NCBI GenBank assembly: GCA_031441465.1
Contig: JANOEP010000009.1
Location: forward strand, 32,001 to 96,000
Reading direction: 5' to 3'
From: a bacterium
Lineage (GTDB): Bacteria > Krumholzibacteriota > Krumholzibacteriia > LZORAL124-64-63
DNA: 64,000 bases
In this document: positions 1-9,307 of the stretch, one piece after another
Layout of the letters: each line of letters begins with the position of its first letter
Numbering within the stretch: position 1 is the first letter of the stretch
Made by a program: the position numbers and the translations under genes
The notes under the pieces: model-generated
Seen by the model: only the letters and a program-made list of their open reading frames with translations
Database searches by the model: none
Told to the model about the DNA's origin: nothing

Positions 1-66
1 CCCCACTCGATTCACGGCAGCAGTTACGGGACGATGCCGATCGAGTAGATGGGAAGGGCAGACCTG

Positions 67-1128
67 CTAGTGGTCATGGCGATGGTGGGCATCGGGTGTG
101 TGTGGATGATCGTGCTCAATGGTCTCGTGCCGATGCAGGTGAACGTGCGGTTCCGCTCCGTCCACACCCGCGGCATGCTCATGCCGGTGGTGCTCATCAT
201 CGTGGGCGTGGGCGTGCTCATGCATGAGTGCCTCGTGTCGATGGGAATGCGCGTGGCGCTCGCGCAAGAGCAACACGACTCCGCCGATCATCGCGGCCAT
301 CGCAGCCATGTCGATCGCCGAAAGCCTCTCGTCCAGGACGACCGTGGCGAGTATGGCGCCCAGGAACGGCGCGGTCGCGAAGTAGGCGGCCTCGCGTGCG
401 GCGCCCAAAAGGCGCAGGGCGTAGGCGTCGAGCACCACGCTCGCCCCATAGCTGACGGCTCCGAGGGCCGCGGCGGCCAGCACCAGGGACGCGGACGGCA
501 ATCGCTCTCCGATCGCCAGTCCCAGGCCCAGGTTGACCATGCCTGCCGTCAGGGTCTTGATCCGCACCACCGCAAATGGATCGCGTAGAGACAGTCGCTG
601 AGTGAGGTTGTTGTCGAGCCCCCAGCAGAGACACGCTCCTGTGATACAGAGGACACCCACCGCGTCGGCGCCGACTTCCCCGGGGCTCGTCTTAAGCACG
701 CCGGCACCGAGCAACACCAAGACGGCCGCCAGTGCCGTTCGTCGGCCGAGATGCTCCCGGAATACGACCACGGCCAGCAGAATCGTGAACGGAGCCTCGA
801 GGTTCAGCAATAGCGAGCCGACGACGCCGCGCACCCGGTCCAGGCCGACAAGCATGAGAATTGGGGCGAGGATTCCCCCGGCGACCACGACCCCTGAGAT
901 GAAGCCGATATCGGCGCGCTTCAGGCTCGCCTCAGGGACGTTTCGCCGAAAGGGCATCGCCAGGCTAATGGCGATCCCGGCCCCGCCGTAAAGAAGGCCA
1001 GCCAGAGTCACGGGCCGAACATCGGCCAGCAGCAGCTTAGCCAATGGAGCACTGAGGCCGAATAGGGCTGCCGCCAGCAAGCCGGCCAAGGCGCCGCTGC
1101 TGCTGATCTTCGAACCGAAAGGAGTCAT
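67..1128 (-). CDS. DMT/EamA-family transporter with His-rich C-terminal tail
   Basis: About 10 hydrophobic segments with EamA-like motifs (LLNLEAPFTILLA, YFATAPFLG) and a His-rich tail; start placed at ATG 1128. Confidence 0.85.
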   Translation of the reverse strand: MTPFGSKISSSGALAGLLAAALFGLSAPLAKLLLADVRPVTLAGLLYGGAGIAISLAMPFRRNVPEASLKRADIGFISGVVVAGGILAPILMLVGLDRVRGVVGSLLLNLEAPFTILLAVVVFREHLGRRTALAAVLVLLGAGVLKTSPGEVGADAVGVLCITGACLCWGLDNNLTQRLSLRDPFAVVRIKTLTAGMVNLGLGLAIGERLPSASLVLAAAALGAVSYGASVVLDAYALRLLGAAREAAYFATAPFLGAILATVVLDERLSAIDMAAMAAMIGGVVLLLRERHAHSHRHEALMHEHAHAHDDEHHRHEHAAGVDGAEPHVHLHRHETIEHDHPHTPDAHHRHDH

Positions 1129-1373
1129 GGTTGGCAACGCGCCTTCGTCACAGGACCGTCGCATGGGGAACCATGGTCACAATAGTCGAGGCCGTTTCCA
1201 GCAACAACAATCCGATCATTGGCCGACGTTCTTAATTCTCGATCCACGGCACCCCCGACAACATGTCCCGTCTGCCACCCGTCAAGCCCCCTTGACCACC
1301 ACCGGCTGCCCATTCGCTGCTTACCGGTCAATTGCCGTCATCCGACCCGAGGACAACGATTGAGTTCTTTCGT

Positions 1374-1414
1374 CCGACACTTCGAGTGGGCGCAGGGTAG
1401 GTAACCCATAGAGG
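1374..1414 (+). promoter_or_regulatory. Element promoter motif, copy 1 (before packaging operon)
   Basis: CCGACAC-ttcgagtgggcgca-GGGTAGGTAA-cccat-AGAGG. Confidence 0.75.
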
Positions 1415-1462
1415 CACACATTCCGCCCCGAGCGGAGACCGGGTATCGCCCCAGGAGTGACG

Positions 1463-1765
1463 ATGTTCCGCCGCGAGGCGCTCGTACTTGGCAGGTACAA
1501 GCGCGATCCCAACCGCTGGCAGACCGATTTCGGCCGCTGGGTGGCCGATTTCGGCGTGCCTCGCATCGTCGCCGGCCTCGCCCACGACCCGGACCTGCGA
1601 GTCACCAACCAGGCCGTCTACGAGTGGCTCCAGGGCCATGCCCCCCAGCCGGCCCGAGCCATGGCCCTGGTCGAGATGTCCCAGGGCCGTCTCACCCTCG
1701 AGGCCATCTACGAGCACAGCAGGCAGGTTAAGCAGTCAGAGGGCGACACCGGAGGCCAGCGATGA
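1463..1765 (+). CDS. Small Cro-like helix-turn-helix protein
   Basis: RBS AGGAG at 1453; HTH-like segment VTNQAVYEWLQGHAP. Confidence 0.6.
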   Translation: MFRREALVLGRYKRDPNRWQTDFGRWVADFGVPRIVAGLAHDPDLRVTNQAVYEWLQGHAPQPARAMALVEMSQGRLTLEAIYEHSRQVKQSEGDTGGQR

Positions 1766-2427
1766 GGATCGACCTCCAGATCGATTCCGCCCCGCTCGTC
1801 CTGCGCCTGCAGAACGGCCAGCGCCGCCTGGCCTACGCCGTCGTCAACGCCATCAACAACACAGCCAAGCGGATCCAGGCCGTGGAGCGGCGGCGCGTCG
1901 AGGAAGAGTTCACGGTCCGCAAGAAGGAGTTCATCCAGCGCCAGGCGGCAGTCATCAAGCCGTTCGCCAACGTGCGGCAGGGACGTCCCTTCGCAGAGAT
2001 CGGCGTCGGGCAGAAGCCCCGCCTCCTGCTGTCCGCCTTCGAGCGCGGTGCCGAGCGCAAGCCGTTCACGCAGGGCGCCAGGCGGGTGGCCGAGCCCGTG
2101 GTCGGCGGGCCCGCGCGCCCGCAGTTCAGTCAGCAGGTCACGCCCGAGCTACGCATGGCTCGCCTTCGCTTCGACCCCACCAAGACCGGCCGCCGACGCG
2201 CTGGCGTCACGCGCACCAAGACCTACCTCGTGCCTGAGGTTGGGATCTTCCAGCGCGTCAGCCCCGTCGCGACGCGCCTCGTCTACTTCTTCTCGAAGGG
2301 CAAGAAGATCAAACCGCGTCTGCACTTCGTCGAGACGGCAGAGAAGGAAGCCGACCGTTGGTTTCGCGAGGAGATGGAGCGAGAGGTCATCAACGCCATT
2401 GCCAGGTCGAAAGGAAGCGGACTGTGA
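1762..2427 (+). CDS. Basic phage protein, possibly lambda gpZ/neck-like
   Basis: ATGA overlap with the upstream gene; AVVNAINNTAKRIQ resembles gpZ-like N-termini; function uncertain. Confidence 0.5.
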   Translation: MRIDLQIDSAPLVLRLQNGQRRLAYAVVNAINNTAKRIQAVERRRVEEEFTVRKKEFIQRQAAVIKPFANVRQGRPFAEIGVGQKPRLLLSAFERGAERKPFTQGARRVAEPVVGGPARPQFSQQVTPELRMARLRFDPTKTGRRRAGVTRTKTYLVPEVGIFQRVSPVATRLVYFFSKGKKIKPRLHFVETAEKEADRWFREEMEREVINAIARSKGSGL

Positions 2428-3107
2428 CAGGGATGTGTATCACCTGCGGAGCGAATCCACGGAAGAAGGGACGCAGGCAGTGCGGCCCTTGCGCCTGGCG
2501 CTCCGAAGACCCGGACAAGGTGCGTGCGCGTCGCAAACGGAGCGGACCGCAGCGTACCGAGTACAAGCGCCGCGTTCGCCGCGAGGCTGGCGCCGAGCCG
2601 ATGGACGTCAAGCGAGCGCGGCGCGCCCAGCGGCACACTGAGGCTGAAGCCAAACGTGCAGAGCGGTTGGTCGCCAACAGCCTCGAGCGCAAGCCGTGGC
2701 TGCGATTCCCCGCGGACAGTGCCGAGAGATACCGGTGCCGCTACGAGAACGATCCCGCCTTCGCCAGGCGCGAACGGGAGCGGGCCATCGTGTTCCGATA
2801 CACACACCCCGATCTCGCCGTGAAGTCCGATCGGGGCAACCACTGGCAGTGGGCTGCATCACGAGCCGACGGATCGGTGACGAGCGCTGTGGTTCGCAAT
2901 CTCCTGCGAGCCAAGCAGTGCTACCTCTGCGGGGTCGATCTGACGCCCGACAACAGGTCCATCGACCATCGGCACGCACTTGCGCTCGGCGGAGCCCATG
3001 CCGCGGAGAACCTGGCCGCGTGCTGTTTGCCCTGCAACCGGGAGAAGGGTGCTGGGGAGAGGCAGATGCGATGCGAACGCGACGGACACCATTGGCAGCA
3101 GCCGTAA
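2424..3107 (+). CDS. HNH endonuclease
   Basis: CYLC...SIDHRHALALGGAHAAENLAACCLPCNREKG; N-terminal CxxC pairs; GTGA overlap. Confidence 0.85.
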   Translation: MTGMCITCGANPRKKGRRQCGPCAWRSEDPDKVRARRKRSGPQRTEYKRRVRREAGAEPMDVKRARRAQRHTEAEAKRAERLVANSLERKPWLRFPADSAERYRCRYENDPAFARRERERAIVFRYTHPDLAVKSDRGNHWQWAASRADGSVTSAVVRNLLRAKQCYLCGVDLTPDNRSIDHRHALALGGAHAAENLAACCLPCNREKGAGERQMRCERDGHHWQQP

Positions 3108-3119
3108 GTCATTGCAGTT

Positions 3120-3162
3120 AGGTACTTTGGGCCAAAAACACCGCGGGTGGCCGGCGACCTCG
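3120..3162 (+). other. Putative cos site (cosQ-like plus cosN-like)
   Basis: GGCCGGCGACCT at 3149-3160 matches the lambda cohesive end GGGCGGCGACCT at 11/12; AGGTACT at 3120-3126 resembles cosQ GGGTCCT. Confidence 0.6.
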
Positions 3163-3184
3163 GCCCTCATAGCGTGGGAGAGTC

Positions 3185-4678
3185 ATGAAACAAGTTACCA
3201 CCGACACCAAACGTTCCAGTTCCGAAACGCCCACGAAGGCCACAGACGCGCCCGAAACGGCCGCCACGGGAGATTCCACGGGCCCGGACTCCCCCGTCCG
3301 TCTGCCCGGAAAACTGGAACACTGGAACATCGACCGGCTCCGCCCCTACGAGCGGAACCCGCGAACCCACAGCCCCGAGCAGATCACCAAGATCGCCGCC
3401 AGCCTGCTTGAGTTCGGCTGGACCAACCCGATCCTGGTGGACGGCGACGCCGGCATCATCGCCGGCCACGGGCGGCTCCTGGCGGCCCGCGAGTTGGGGA
3501 TGACTACCGTCCCGGTGATCGAACTCACACACCTGACCGAGGCACAGAAGCGTGCCTACGTCATCGCCGACAATCGTCTCGCCCTGGATGCGGGCTGGGA
3601 CGAGGACTTGCTGGCCGAGGAGTTGAGGGCGCTGGAGGGCCTCGACTTCAACCTCGAGCTGACCGGGTTCGGCTTGGACGAGCTGCACGATCTCCTCGAC
3701 GATGAGACCATCGAAGAAGTCCCCGCTCCGGAACCTCCCGATGAACCCGTGAGCCAGCAGGGCGATCTGTGGATCCTGGGCAACCACCGCCTCTTGTGCG
3801 GCGATAGCTCCGACGCCGCGTCGCTCGATCGGCTGCTGGGCGGCGCCGTGATCCACCTCGTGAACACCGACCCGCCCTACAACGTGAAGGTCGAGCCTCG
3901 GTCCAACAACGCAATCGCCGCAGGGCTGTCGAGCTTCCCGGCGGCCAAGAGCGCAGTGGAAGCCTCCGACGCTCGCGGCATGCACCACCAGGGGTTCGAC
4001 CTGGCCCGCCACAAGACCAAGTCGAAGCCTACCGGCAAGATGCGCGCGAAGGACCGCCCCCTGGCCAACGACTTCGTCTCGGACGAGGCCTTCGACGAGC
4101 TGCTCCTGGCCTGGTTCGGGAACATCGCCCGCGTGCTGCAGCCCGGTCGCTGCTTCTACATCTGGGGCGGCTACGCCAACTGCGGAAACTACCCCCCGGT
4201 CCTGAAGGCATGCGGGCTCTACTTCAGCCAAGCGATCATCTGGGTGAAGGAACACCCCGTGCTGACCCGCAAGGACTACATGGGTAACCACGAATGGGCG
4301 TTCTACGGCTGGCGCGAAGGGGCGGGGCACAAGTTCTACGGCCCGACGAACGCCGTCGATGTCTGGGCGGTCAAGAAGGTCAACCCACAGAGCATGGTCC
4401 ATTTGACCGAGAAGCCGATCGAACTGGCCGTGCGCGCGATCCAGTACTCCTCAAAGCAAGGTGAGAACGTGCTCGATCTGTTCGGCGGCAGCGGCTCGAC
4501 CCTCATGGGTGCAGACCAGATCGGCCGGCATGCGTTCCTCATGGAACTCGATCCCGCCTACACCGACGTGATCGTGATGCGCTGGCAGGAAGCCACCGGA
4601 CAGCAGGCCACGCTCGACGGAGACGGACGCACGTTCGACGCGGTCGCCGCTGACCGCGGGGCTGCTCGGGATGAGTAG
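3185..4678 (+). CDS. ParB-N domain fused to an N4/N6 DNA methyltransferase
   Basis: ParB motif IIAGHGRLLAA; catalytic TDPPY; HLTEKP; SAM-binding DLFGGSGST. Confidence 0.92.
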   Translation: MKQVTTDTKRSSSETPTKATDAPETAATGDSTGPDSPVRLPGKLEHWNIDRLRPYERNPRTHSPEQITKIAASLLEFGWTNPILVDGDAGIIAGHGRLLAARELGMTTVPVIELTHLTEAQKRAYVIADNRLALDAGWDEDLLAEELRALEGLDFNLELTGFGLDELHDLLDDETIEEVPAPEPPDEPVSQQGDLWILGNHRLLCGDSSDAASLDRLLGGAVIHLVNTDPPYNVKVEPRSNNAIAAGLSSFPAAKSAVEASDARGMHHQGFDLARHKTKSKPTGKMRAKDRPLANDFVSDEAFDELLLAWFGNIARVLQPGRCFYIWGGYANCGNYPPVLKACGLYFSQAIIWVKEHPVLTRKDYMGNHEWAFYGWREGAGHKFYGPTNAVDVWAVKKVNPQSMVHLTEKPIELAVRAIQYSSKQGENVLDLFGGSGSTLMGADQIGRHAFLMELDPAYTDVIVMRWQEATGQQATLDGDGRTFDAVAADRGAARDE

Positions 4679-4681
4679 GCG

Positions 4682-5245
4682 GTGGCCAGGCAAGCGAAGA
4701 AGGAGTTGATCTCCCAGCGCGAGTACGCTCGTCGGCTCGGCGTCTCCCACGTGGCAGTCCAGCGCGCCGTGAAGACGGGCCGGATCTCGACGGTGAATGG
4801 GAAGGTCGACCCGGCCCAGGCCGACCGGCAGTGGCAGGAGAACACCGACCAGAGCAAGCCCCGCAACCGGATCACCGGCAGCCCCAAACAGGCCCGGACG
4901 CCCGGAGAACCGTCTGAGCCCATGGACATGGGCGTGGCCGACGAGGTCATCGGCGGCACCAACACGGCAACCGGCTATGCCAAGGCCCGCGCCCCCCGCG
5001 AGCTGTACCAGGCGCAACTGGCCAAGCTCGAGCTGGACCGTCAACGCGGCACCCTGATCCGGGCCGACGAGGTCCGCATCGGGGCGTTCAACATGGCCCG
5101 CAAGGCCAGAGACCAGTTGATCGCCCTGCCCGAGCGCGTCGCTGCGCTCTTGGCCGCTACCCAGGAGCCCGCCGAGGTCCAACGCATCCTCGAGGAAGAG
5201 ATCGAGCGGATCTGCCAGGAGGTCGCGGATGCAGAACGGCCGTGA
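4682..5245 (+). CDS. terS: Terminase small subunit (Nu1-like)
   Basis: N-terminal HTH (SQREYARRLGVSHVAV), helical C-terminus, overlaps the large subunit gene. Confidence 0.75.
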   Translation: MARQAKKELISQREYARRLGVSHVAVQRAVKTGRISTVNGKVDPAQADRQWQENTDQSKPRNRITGSPKQARTPGEPSEPMDMGVADEVIGGTNTATGYAKARAPRELYQAQLAKLELDRQRGTLIRADEVRIGAFNMARKARDQLIALPERVAALLAATQEPAEVQRILEEEIERICQEVADAERP

Positions 5246-7079
5246 CGTCTACGAGACCGCCTACCGGGCGGGCTGGCGCCCCGAGCCGCGGCTGACCGTC
5301 AGCACCTGGGCGGACGCGCACCGTGTCATGGGCAACCGCGCTGGCCACGCGGCGACCCACTGGCGCACGGCGACCACGCCCTACCTGCGCGAGATCATGG
5401 ACGCCCTGGGCCCCCGCTCGCCGGCGCGGCGAGTCGTCTTCATGAAGGGCTCCCAGTTGGGGGGCACCGAAGCAGGCAACAACTGGCTCGGGTTCGTCAT
5501 GCACCACTCGCCCGGTCCGATCCTGGTCCTGCGTCCGACCGTAGACGAAGCCCGGCGCTTCAGCCGGCAGCGCCTGGACCCCATGATCGCCACAACTCCG
5601 GTGCTACACGACCTGGTCCGCGAAGCGCGTTCACGCGACGGCGGCAACAGTCTTCTTATCAAGGAATTCCCCGGCGGGGTCCTGTTCCTCACCGGCTCGA
5701 ACTCGGCGACCGGCGTCAAGTCGATGCCGATCCGCTGGCTCTTCTGCGACGAGATCGACGAGTACCCGGGCGACGTGGACGGCCAGGGCGATCCGATCGC
5801 GCTCGCCGAGAAGCGGACCACCGGCCCGACCTACTCACGGCGGAAGATCTTTCTCGTCTCGACGCCCACGATCAAAGGCATCTCGCGGATCGAACGGGAG
5901 TATCTGGTCTCGGACCAGCGGCGCTACTTCGTCCCCTGCCCTCACTGCGGCAACTACGACTGGATGCGCTGGGAGAACATCCGCTGGATGAACGACGACC
6001 CGAAGACCGCCGTCCTCGCCTGTGTCGCCTGCGGCGTCCTGATCGAAGAGCGGTTCAAGACGCAGATGCTCAGCCAGGGTCAGTGGCGCCCTACGGCTGT
6101 CGGCAACGGCGACACCATCGGGTTCCACCTCTCCAGCCTCTACTCCCCGCTTGGCTGGCTACCGTGGGCGGCAACCGTCGCCGAGTTCCTGGAGTCCAAG
6201 GACAACCCGCTGCGGCTGAAGAACTGGGTCAACAGCGTGCTGGGCGAGACCTGGGAAGAACGCGGGGAGACCGTCGAACCCGGCAGTTTGCTGGCACGGG
6301 CGGAGCGGTATACGGCCGAGGTCCCGGCCGGCGTGGGTGTGCTCGTCGCTTCGGTGGACGTCCAGGGTGACCGCCTGGAGTGCGCGGTGAAGGGCTACGG
6401 CGTCGCCGAGGAGTCCTGGCTGGTCGCCTTCTCCCAGTTCCATGGCGATCCCGGGCGCGACCAGGTCTGGCTCGATCTCGACCGCTTCCTACGGCAGGAG
6501 TTCACCCACGAGTGCGGCCAGAAGGTCCCGATCACCTGCGTGGCCGTCGACAGCGGCGGGCACCACTCCGAGCAGGTCTACCGCTTCTGCCGCGCCCGGA
6601 TCGACCGGCGCGTGTTCGCCGTCCGCGGTGGTTCCGAGCGCGGCAAGCCTCTGGTCGGCCGCCCGTCCGATCACAACCGCTATCGGGCGAAGCTGTTCAC
6701 CCTCTGCGTCGACACGGGCAAGGAGATCGTGTACTCGCGGCTGCGGATCGGGAGCTCGGGGCCCGGCTACTGCCACCTGCCCGAGTGGATCGACGCCGAG
6801 TATGTGGCGCAGCTAACCGCCGAGAAGGCCATCCGCAAGTGGGTGAAGAACCGCGGCACGGTTCGCGAGTGGGTCAAGACCCGCGAGCGCAACGAGGCGC
6901 TCGATCTGGAGGTCTACTGCCTGGCCGCCCTCTACATCCTGGGGCCGGCGTTCGTGAAGTCCCTACCGGAGCGGGCCGCCGCCCTGGCCCACCGGCGCGA
7001 GACGCCGGCGGTGACCGAACCGGAGCCGTCCGCGCCAATACCGCGGCGCCGGGGGTGGATCGATGGGTGGAGGGGATAA
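5229..7079 (+). CDS. terL: Terminase large subunit, GpA family
   Basis: TPYLREIMD, MKGSQLGGTE, DEIDEYPGD, STPT, CPHC zinc finger, VDVQGDR, VDSGG, NEALD. Confidence 0.95.
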   Translation: MQNGRDVYETAYRAGWRPEPRLTVSTWADAHRVMGNRAGHAATHWRTATTPYLREIMDALGPRSPARRVVFMKGSQLGGTEAGNNWLGFVMHHSPGPILVLRPTVDEARRFSRQRLDPMIATTPVLHDLVREARSRDGGNSLLIKEFPGGVLFLTGSNSATGVKSMPIRWLFCDEIDEYPGDVDGQGDPIALAEKRTTGPTYSRRKIFLVSTPTIKGISRIEREYLVSDQRRYFVPCPHCGNYDWMRWENIRWMNDDPKTAVLACVACGVLIEERFKTQMLSQGQWRPTAVGNGDTIGFHLSSLYSPLGWLPWAATVAEFLESKDNPLRLKNWVNSVLGETWEERGETVEPGSLLARAERYTAEVPAGVGVLVASVDVQGDRLECAVKGYGVAEESWLVAFSQFHGDPGRDQVWLDLDRFLRQEFTHECGQKVPITCVAVDSGGHHSEQVYRFCRARIDRRVFAVRGGSERGKPLVGRPSDHNRYRAKLFTLCVDTGKEIVYSRLRIGSSGPGYCHLPEWIDAEYVAQLTAEKAIRKWVKNRGTVREWVKTRERNEALDLEVYCLAALYILGPAFVKSLPERAAALAHRRETPAVTEPEPSAPIPRRRGWIDGWRG

Positions 7080-7445
7080 CGCATGCGCTGGCGAGAAGTA
7101 GGGACTACGCCGGGTTGGGCGAGATGCGCTGCAAGAAGCGCCCCGGCGTTCCCCACTGATGAAGAATCATATCAGATGCATGTCGAATGTTCAACTGGCG
7201 TGAGGCTCTGCGGCGCGCCGGGGGCGCGGGTTTCCGATTCGAGCTCAGAGCTACCGGCCAAAGGACGCCGACTTGGCGTCTCTGCCGCCCAGGAATTGGC
7301 CCCAAATCACCATTCCTCGCGCCAATCGCAAGACGCTGCAAACAATGCATTTATCTGTTGTTTTGCCTTCCCATTCGGCCCAGAAAGCTCGTCACTGTGA
7401 CTGCGGCGGGCACGGGGCCCGGCGCGCCAGAACTAGGAGAACCCC

Positions 7446-7712
7446 ATGACGGTCAACGAGATGATCGAGCGCCTGCAGGAGGTCGCGGGCGACGGCTTTG
7501 GCGAATGCGAGGTGCGCCTCGCCTTCCAACCCAGCTGGCCGCTGCAGTTCGAGATCGGCGGGATCGCGGTCCCCGACGACGAGTCCCGCGGCCAGGGCGA
7601 ACCCGACGAAGAACCGGATGACGCGGCCTCGGTGGTCTACCTCGTCGAGGGCGGCCACCCCAATGGCGACTCCCCCTACGCGCCCGCCTGGGCGTTCGCC
7701 GCGGCGCAGTGA
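7446..7712 (+). CDS. Small acidic hypothetical protein
   Basis: RBS AGGAGA, ATG start, first gene of a tightly packed run. Confidence 0.75.
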   Translation: MTVNEMIERLQEVAGDGFGECEVRLAFQPSWPLQFEIGGIAVPDDESRGQGEPDEEPDDAASVVYLVEGGHPNGDSPYAPAWAFAAAQ

Positions 7713-7725
7713 GGAGGCCGATCCC

Positions 7726-7938
7726 ATGGCAACGAATCACGACCGGCCCTCGCGACTGCGCTTCAACGACGGGATGGAGTTCGACCTCAGCGGCGACCTG
7801 CGGGTCGTCCACCGCCGCGACGGCTGGTACGTCGTCGGCCGGGGCATGCTCGTCCCCGTCGCCGATCGCGAAGAAGGCGACCGCATGGTCGCGGAAATGA
7901 ACAACCGAGGAGGCGATAGCGATGCGCTACGGACCTGA
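7726..7938 (+). CDS. Small hypothetical protein (70 aa)
   Basis: RBS GAGGAGG before ATG 7726. Confidence 0.7.
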   Translation: MATNHDRPSRLRFNDGMEFDLSGDLRVVHRRDGWYVVGRGMLVPVADREEGDRMVAEMNNRGGDSDALRT

Positions 7939-8248
7939 CGACAAGTTCTGGGTCGTCGTCGACCCCAAGCCTCACAGCACGCTCGAAGATCTCATGTTTC
8001 GTGCCTCGCTCCGAGACCTGGAGCTGCAGTTCAAGGGCGGGCTGCAGATCGAAGAGAACCCGACGCTCTTCACCGACGAGCAAGCGGCGAAGTACGAGGC
8101 CTACGGGCGGATGACCGCCATGCGGGCCAGCCAGGCCATCCTGCGCGCTGGCCGCGAGAACCCCGACACCCGGATCGATCGCGTGGAGATCTACGGTGCT
8201 GACGGGACGCTGGTGTTCGCGGCGGACATCACGCAGGAGGTCGACTGA
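7922..8248 (+). CDS. Hypothetical protein
   Basis: RBS GAGGAGG; operon packing. Confidence 0.75.
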   Translation: MRYGPDDKFWVVVDPKPHSTLEDLMFRASLRDLELQFKGGLQIEENPTLFTDEQAAKYEAYGRMTAMRASQAILRAGRENPDTRIDRVEIYGADGTLVFAADITQEVD

Positions 8249-8249
8249 C

Positions 8250-8501
8250 ATGGCGACGAACGCGGCGCCGCGATTCGGCTTCGAGGCACACCAAGTGTTC
8301 TGGAACGAGCAGGGCAGCATCGTCTGCGCCTGCTGCCACATCCCCTACCCCGGGACCGACACCTGGATCTGGGAGCGGTGGGAGGAGATCACGCCCGCTG
8401 ACATGGTGGAAATCGACCGCCAGGGCGGGCGCGTGGCGTGCGAGGGCTGCGGCAAAGAGCCCAGCCGGATCGCGCGCCTGACATCAAGCGAGAGGAACTG
8501 A
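8250..8501 (+). CDS. Small Cys-rich, possibly zinc-binding protein
   Basis: RBS AGGAGG; CACC and CEGC motifs. Confidence 0.7.
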   Translation: MATNAAPRFGFEAHQVFWNEQGSIVCACCHIPYPGTDTWIWERWEEITPADMVEIDRQGGRVACEGCGKEPSRIARLTSSERN

Positions 8502-8504
8502 ACC

Positions 8505-8759
8505 ATGAGCAAGACCACGAAGAAGACGACGCGGGCCCGCAAGCCCGCCGCCGAAAAGCCGGCCGCTGAGACCAAGGCCCCGCGCGAGGAGCTCTGCGTG
8601 TTCGCTTTCCGGCTGACCGAGGCCGAGCGGGACGCCATCCACAAGGCAGCCGGGCCGGCGAAGGCCTCGAAGTTCGCGCGCAACCTGCTTGTCGCCGCCG
8701 CGACGAAGGACGACGCGGCGGTCAGGGCGATCATGAAGGAGATCGCGGCCGTAGCCTAG
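8505..8759 (+). CDS. Probable ribbon-helix-helix DNA-binding protein with basic N-terminal tail
   Basis: VFAFRLTEAERDAIHKAAG...SKFARNLL pattern. Confidence 0.6.
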   Translation: MSKTTKKTTRARKPAAEKPAAETKAPREELCVFAFRLTEAERDAIHKAAGPAKASKFARNLLVAAATKDDAAVRAIMKEIAAVA

Positions 8760-8780
8760 CTCGCTGGCTCCATCCCAGCA

Positions 8781-8814
8781 CCGACGACCTCTCGGCGACC
8801 CGAGGGGTCTTCGG
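8781..8814 (+). terminator. Hairpin ending the + strand operon
   Basis: CCGACGACCTCTCGG-cgac-CCGAGGGGTCTTCGG; only a weak U-tract. Confidence 0.5.
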
Positions 8815-8867
8815 CTTCAGGGCAGTGAAGGCCTCGCCCCCATCTTCCAGTCTCAACCGCCAGGCCG

Positions 8868-9179
8868 TTTCACCCCTTCACCCTTTTCACCCACCCTCAC
8901 ATGCACACGAGAATACAGAAAGAAATAGTACGCGGGGGTGAAAGGGTGAAAGGGGGAATTAGAGAGATAACTCATTGAAATATATATATTTATCATTTCT
9001 GTCTTTCACCCTGTTTCACCCTCTTCTTTTCTTCCTTTGCGAGGGGGCGAAAAGGGTGAAATGCGTGCAACGTGTTGTTGTCCATGCTCTTACGGCGATT
9101 TTTACCGTTGGCGTTTCACCTTTGGGCGTTCTGGCACCCGATCGGGTGAAAGGCGCTGCTGTTTCACCGTGGGGGTGAA
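8868..9179. repeat. Iteron array with AT-rich core; putative replication origin
   Basis: 12 copies of TTCACC/GGTGAA in both orientations around TTGAAATATATATATTTATCATTT, just downstream of the primase gene. Confidence 0.8.
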
Positions 9180-9307
9180 CGGAGCGGGCTCCAGCTGGTG
9201 GCGTTCCCTGTCTCTGTGCTGAAGATCCAGAAATGACAGTCCACATGCACAAGCGGACATATTGCATCCACTTGTGCTTTCTGATCGCATTGCCAAAACG
9301 GGGTGCC

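Noticed and set aside
1..1460. Second att site (duplicated tRNA 3' end)
   Set aside because: No copy of TGGCTCCCCGGG was spotted by eye, so the left boundary cannot be assigned.
7083..7400. 105-aa ORF directly after terL as a head-completion gene
   Set aside because: No gpW-like features and atypical composition; treated as intergenic.
8868..9179. Repeat cluster considered as a CRISPR array
   Set aside because: The units are 6-7 bp, occur in both orientations with irregular spacing, and no cas genes are present.
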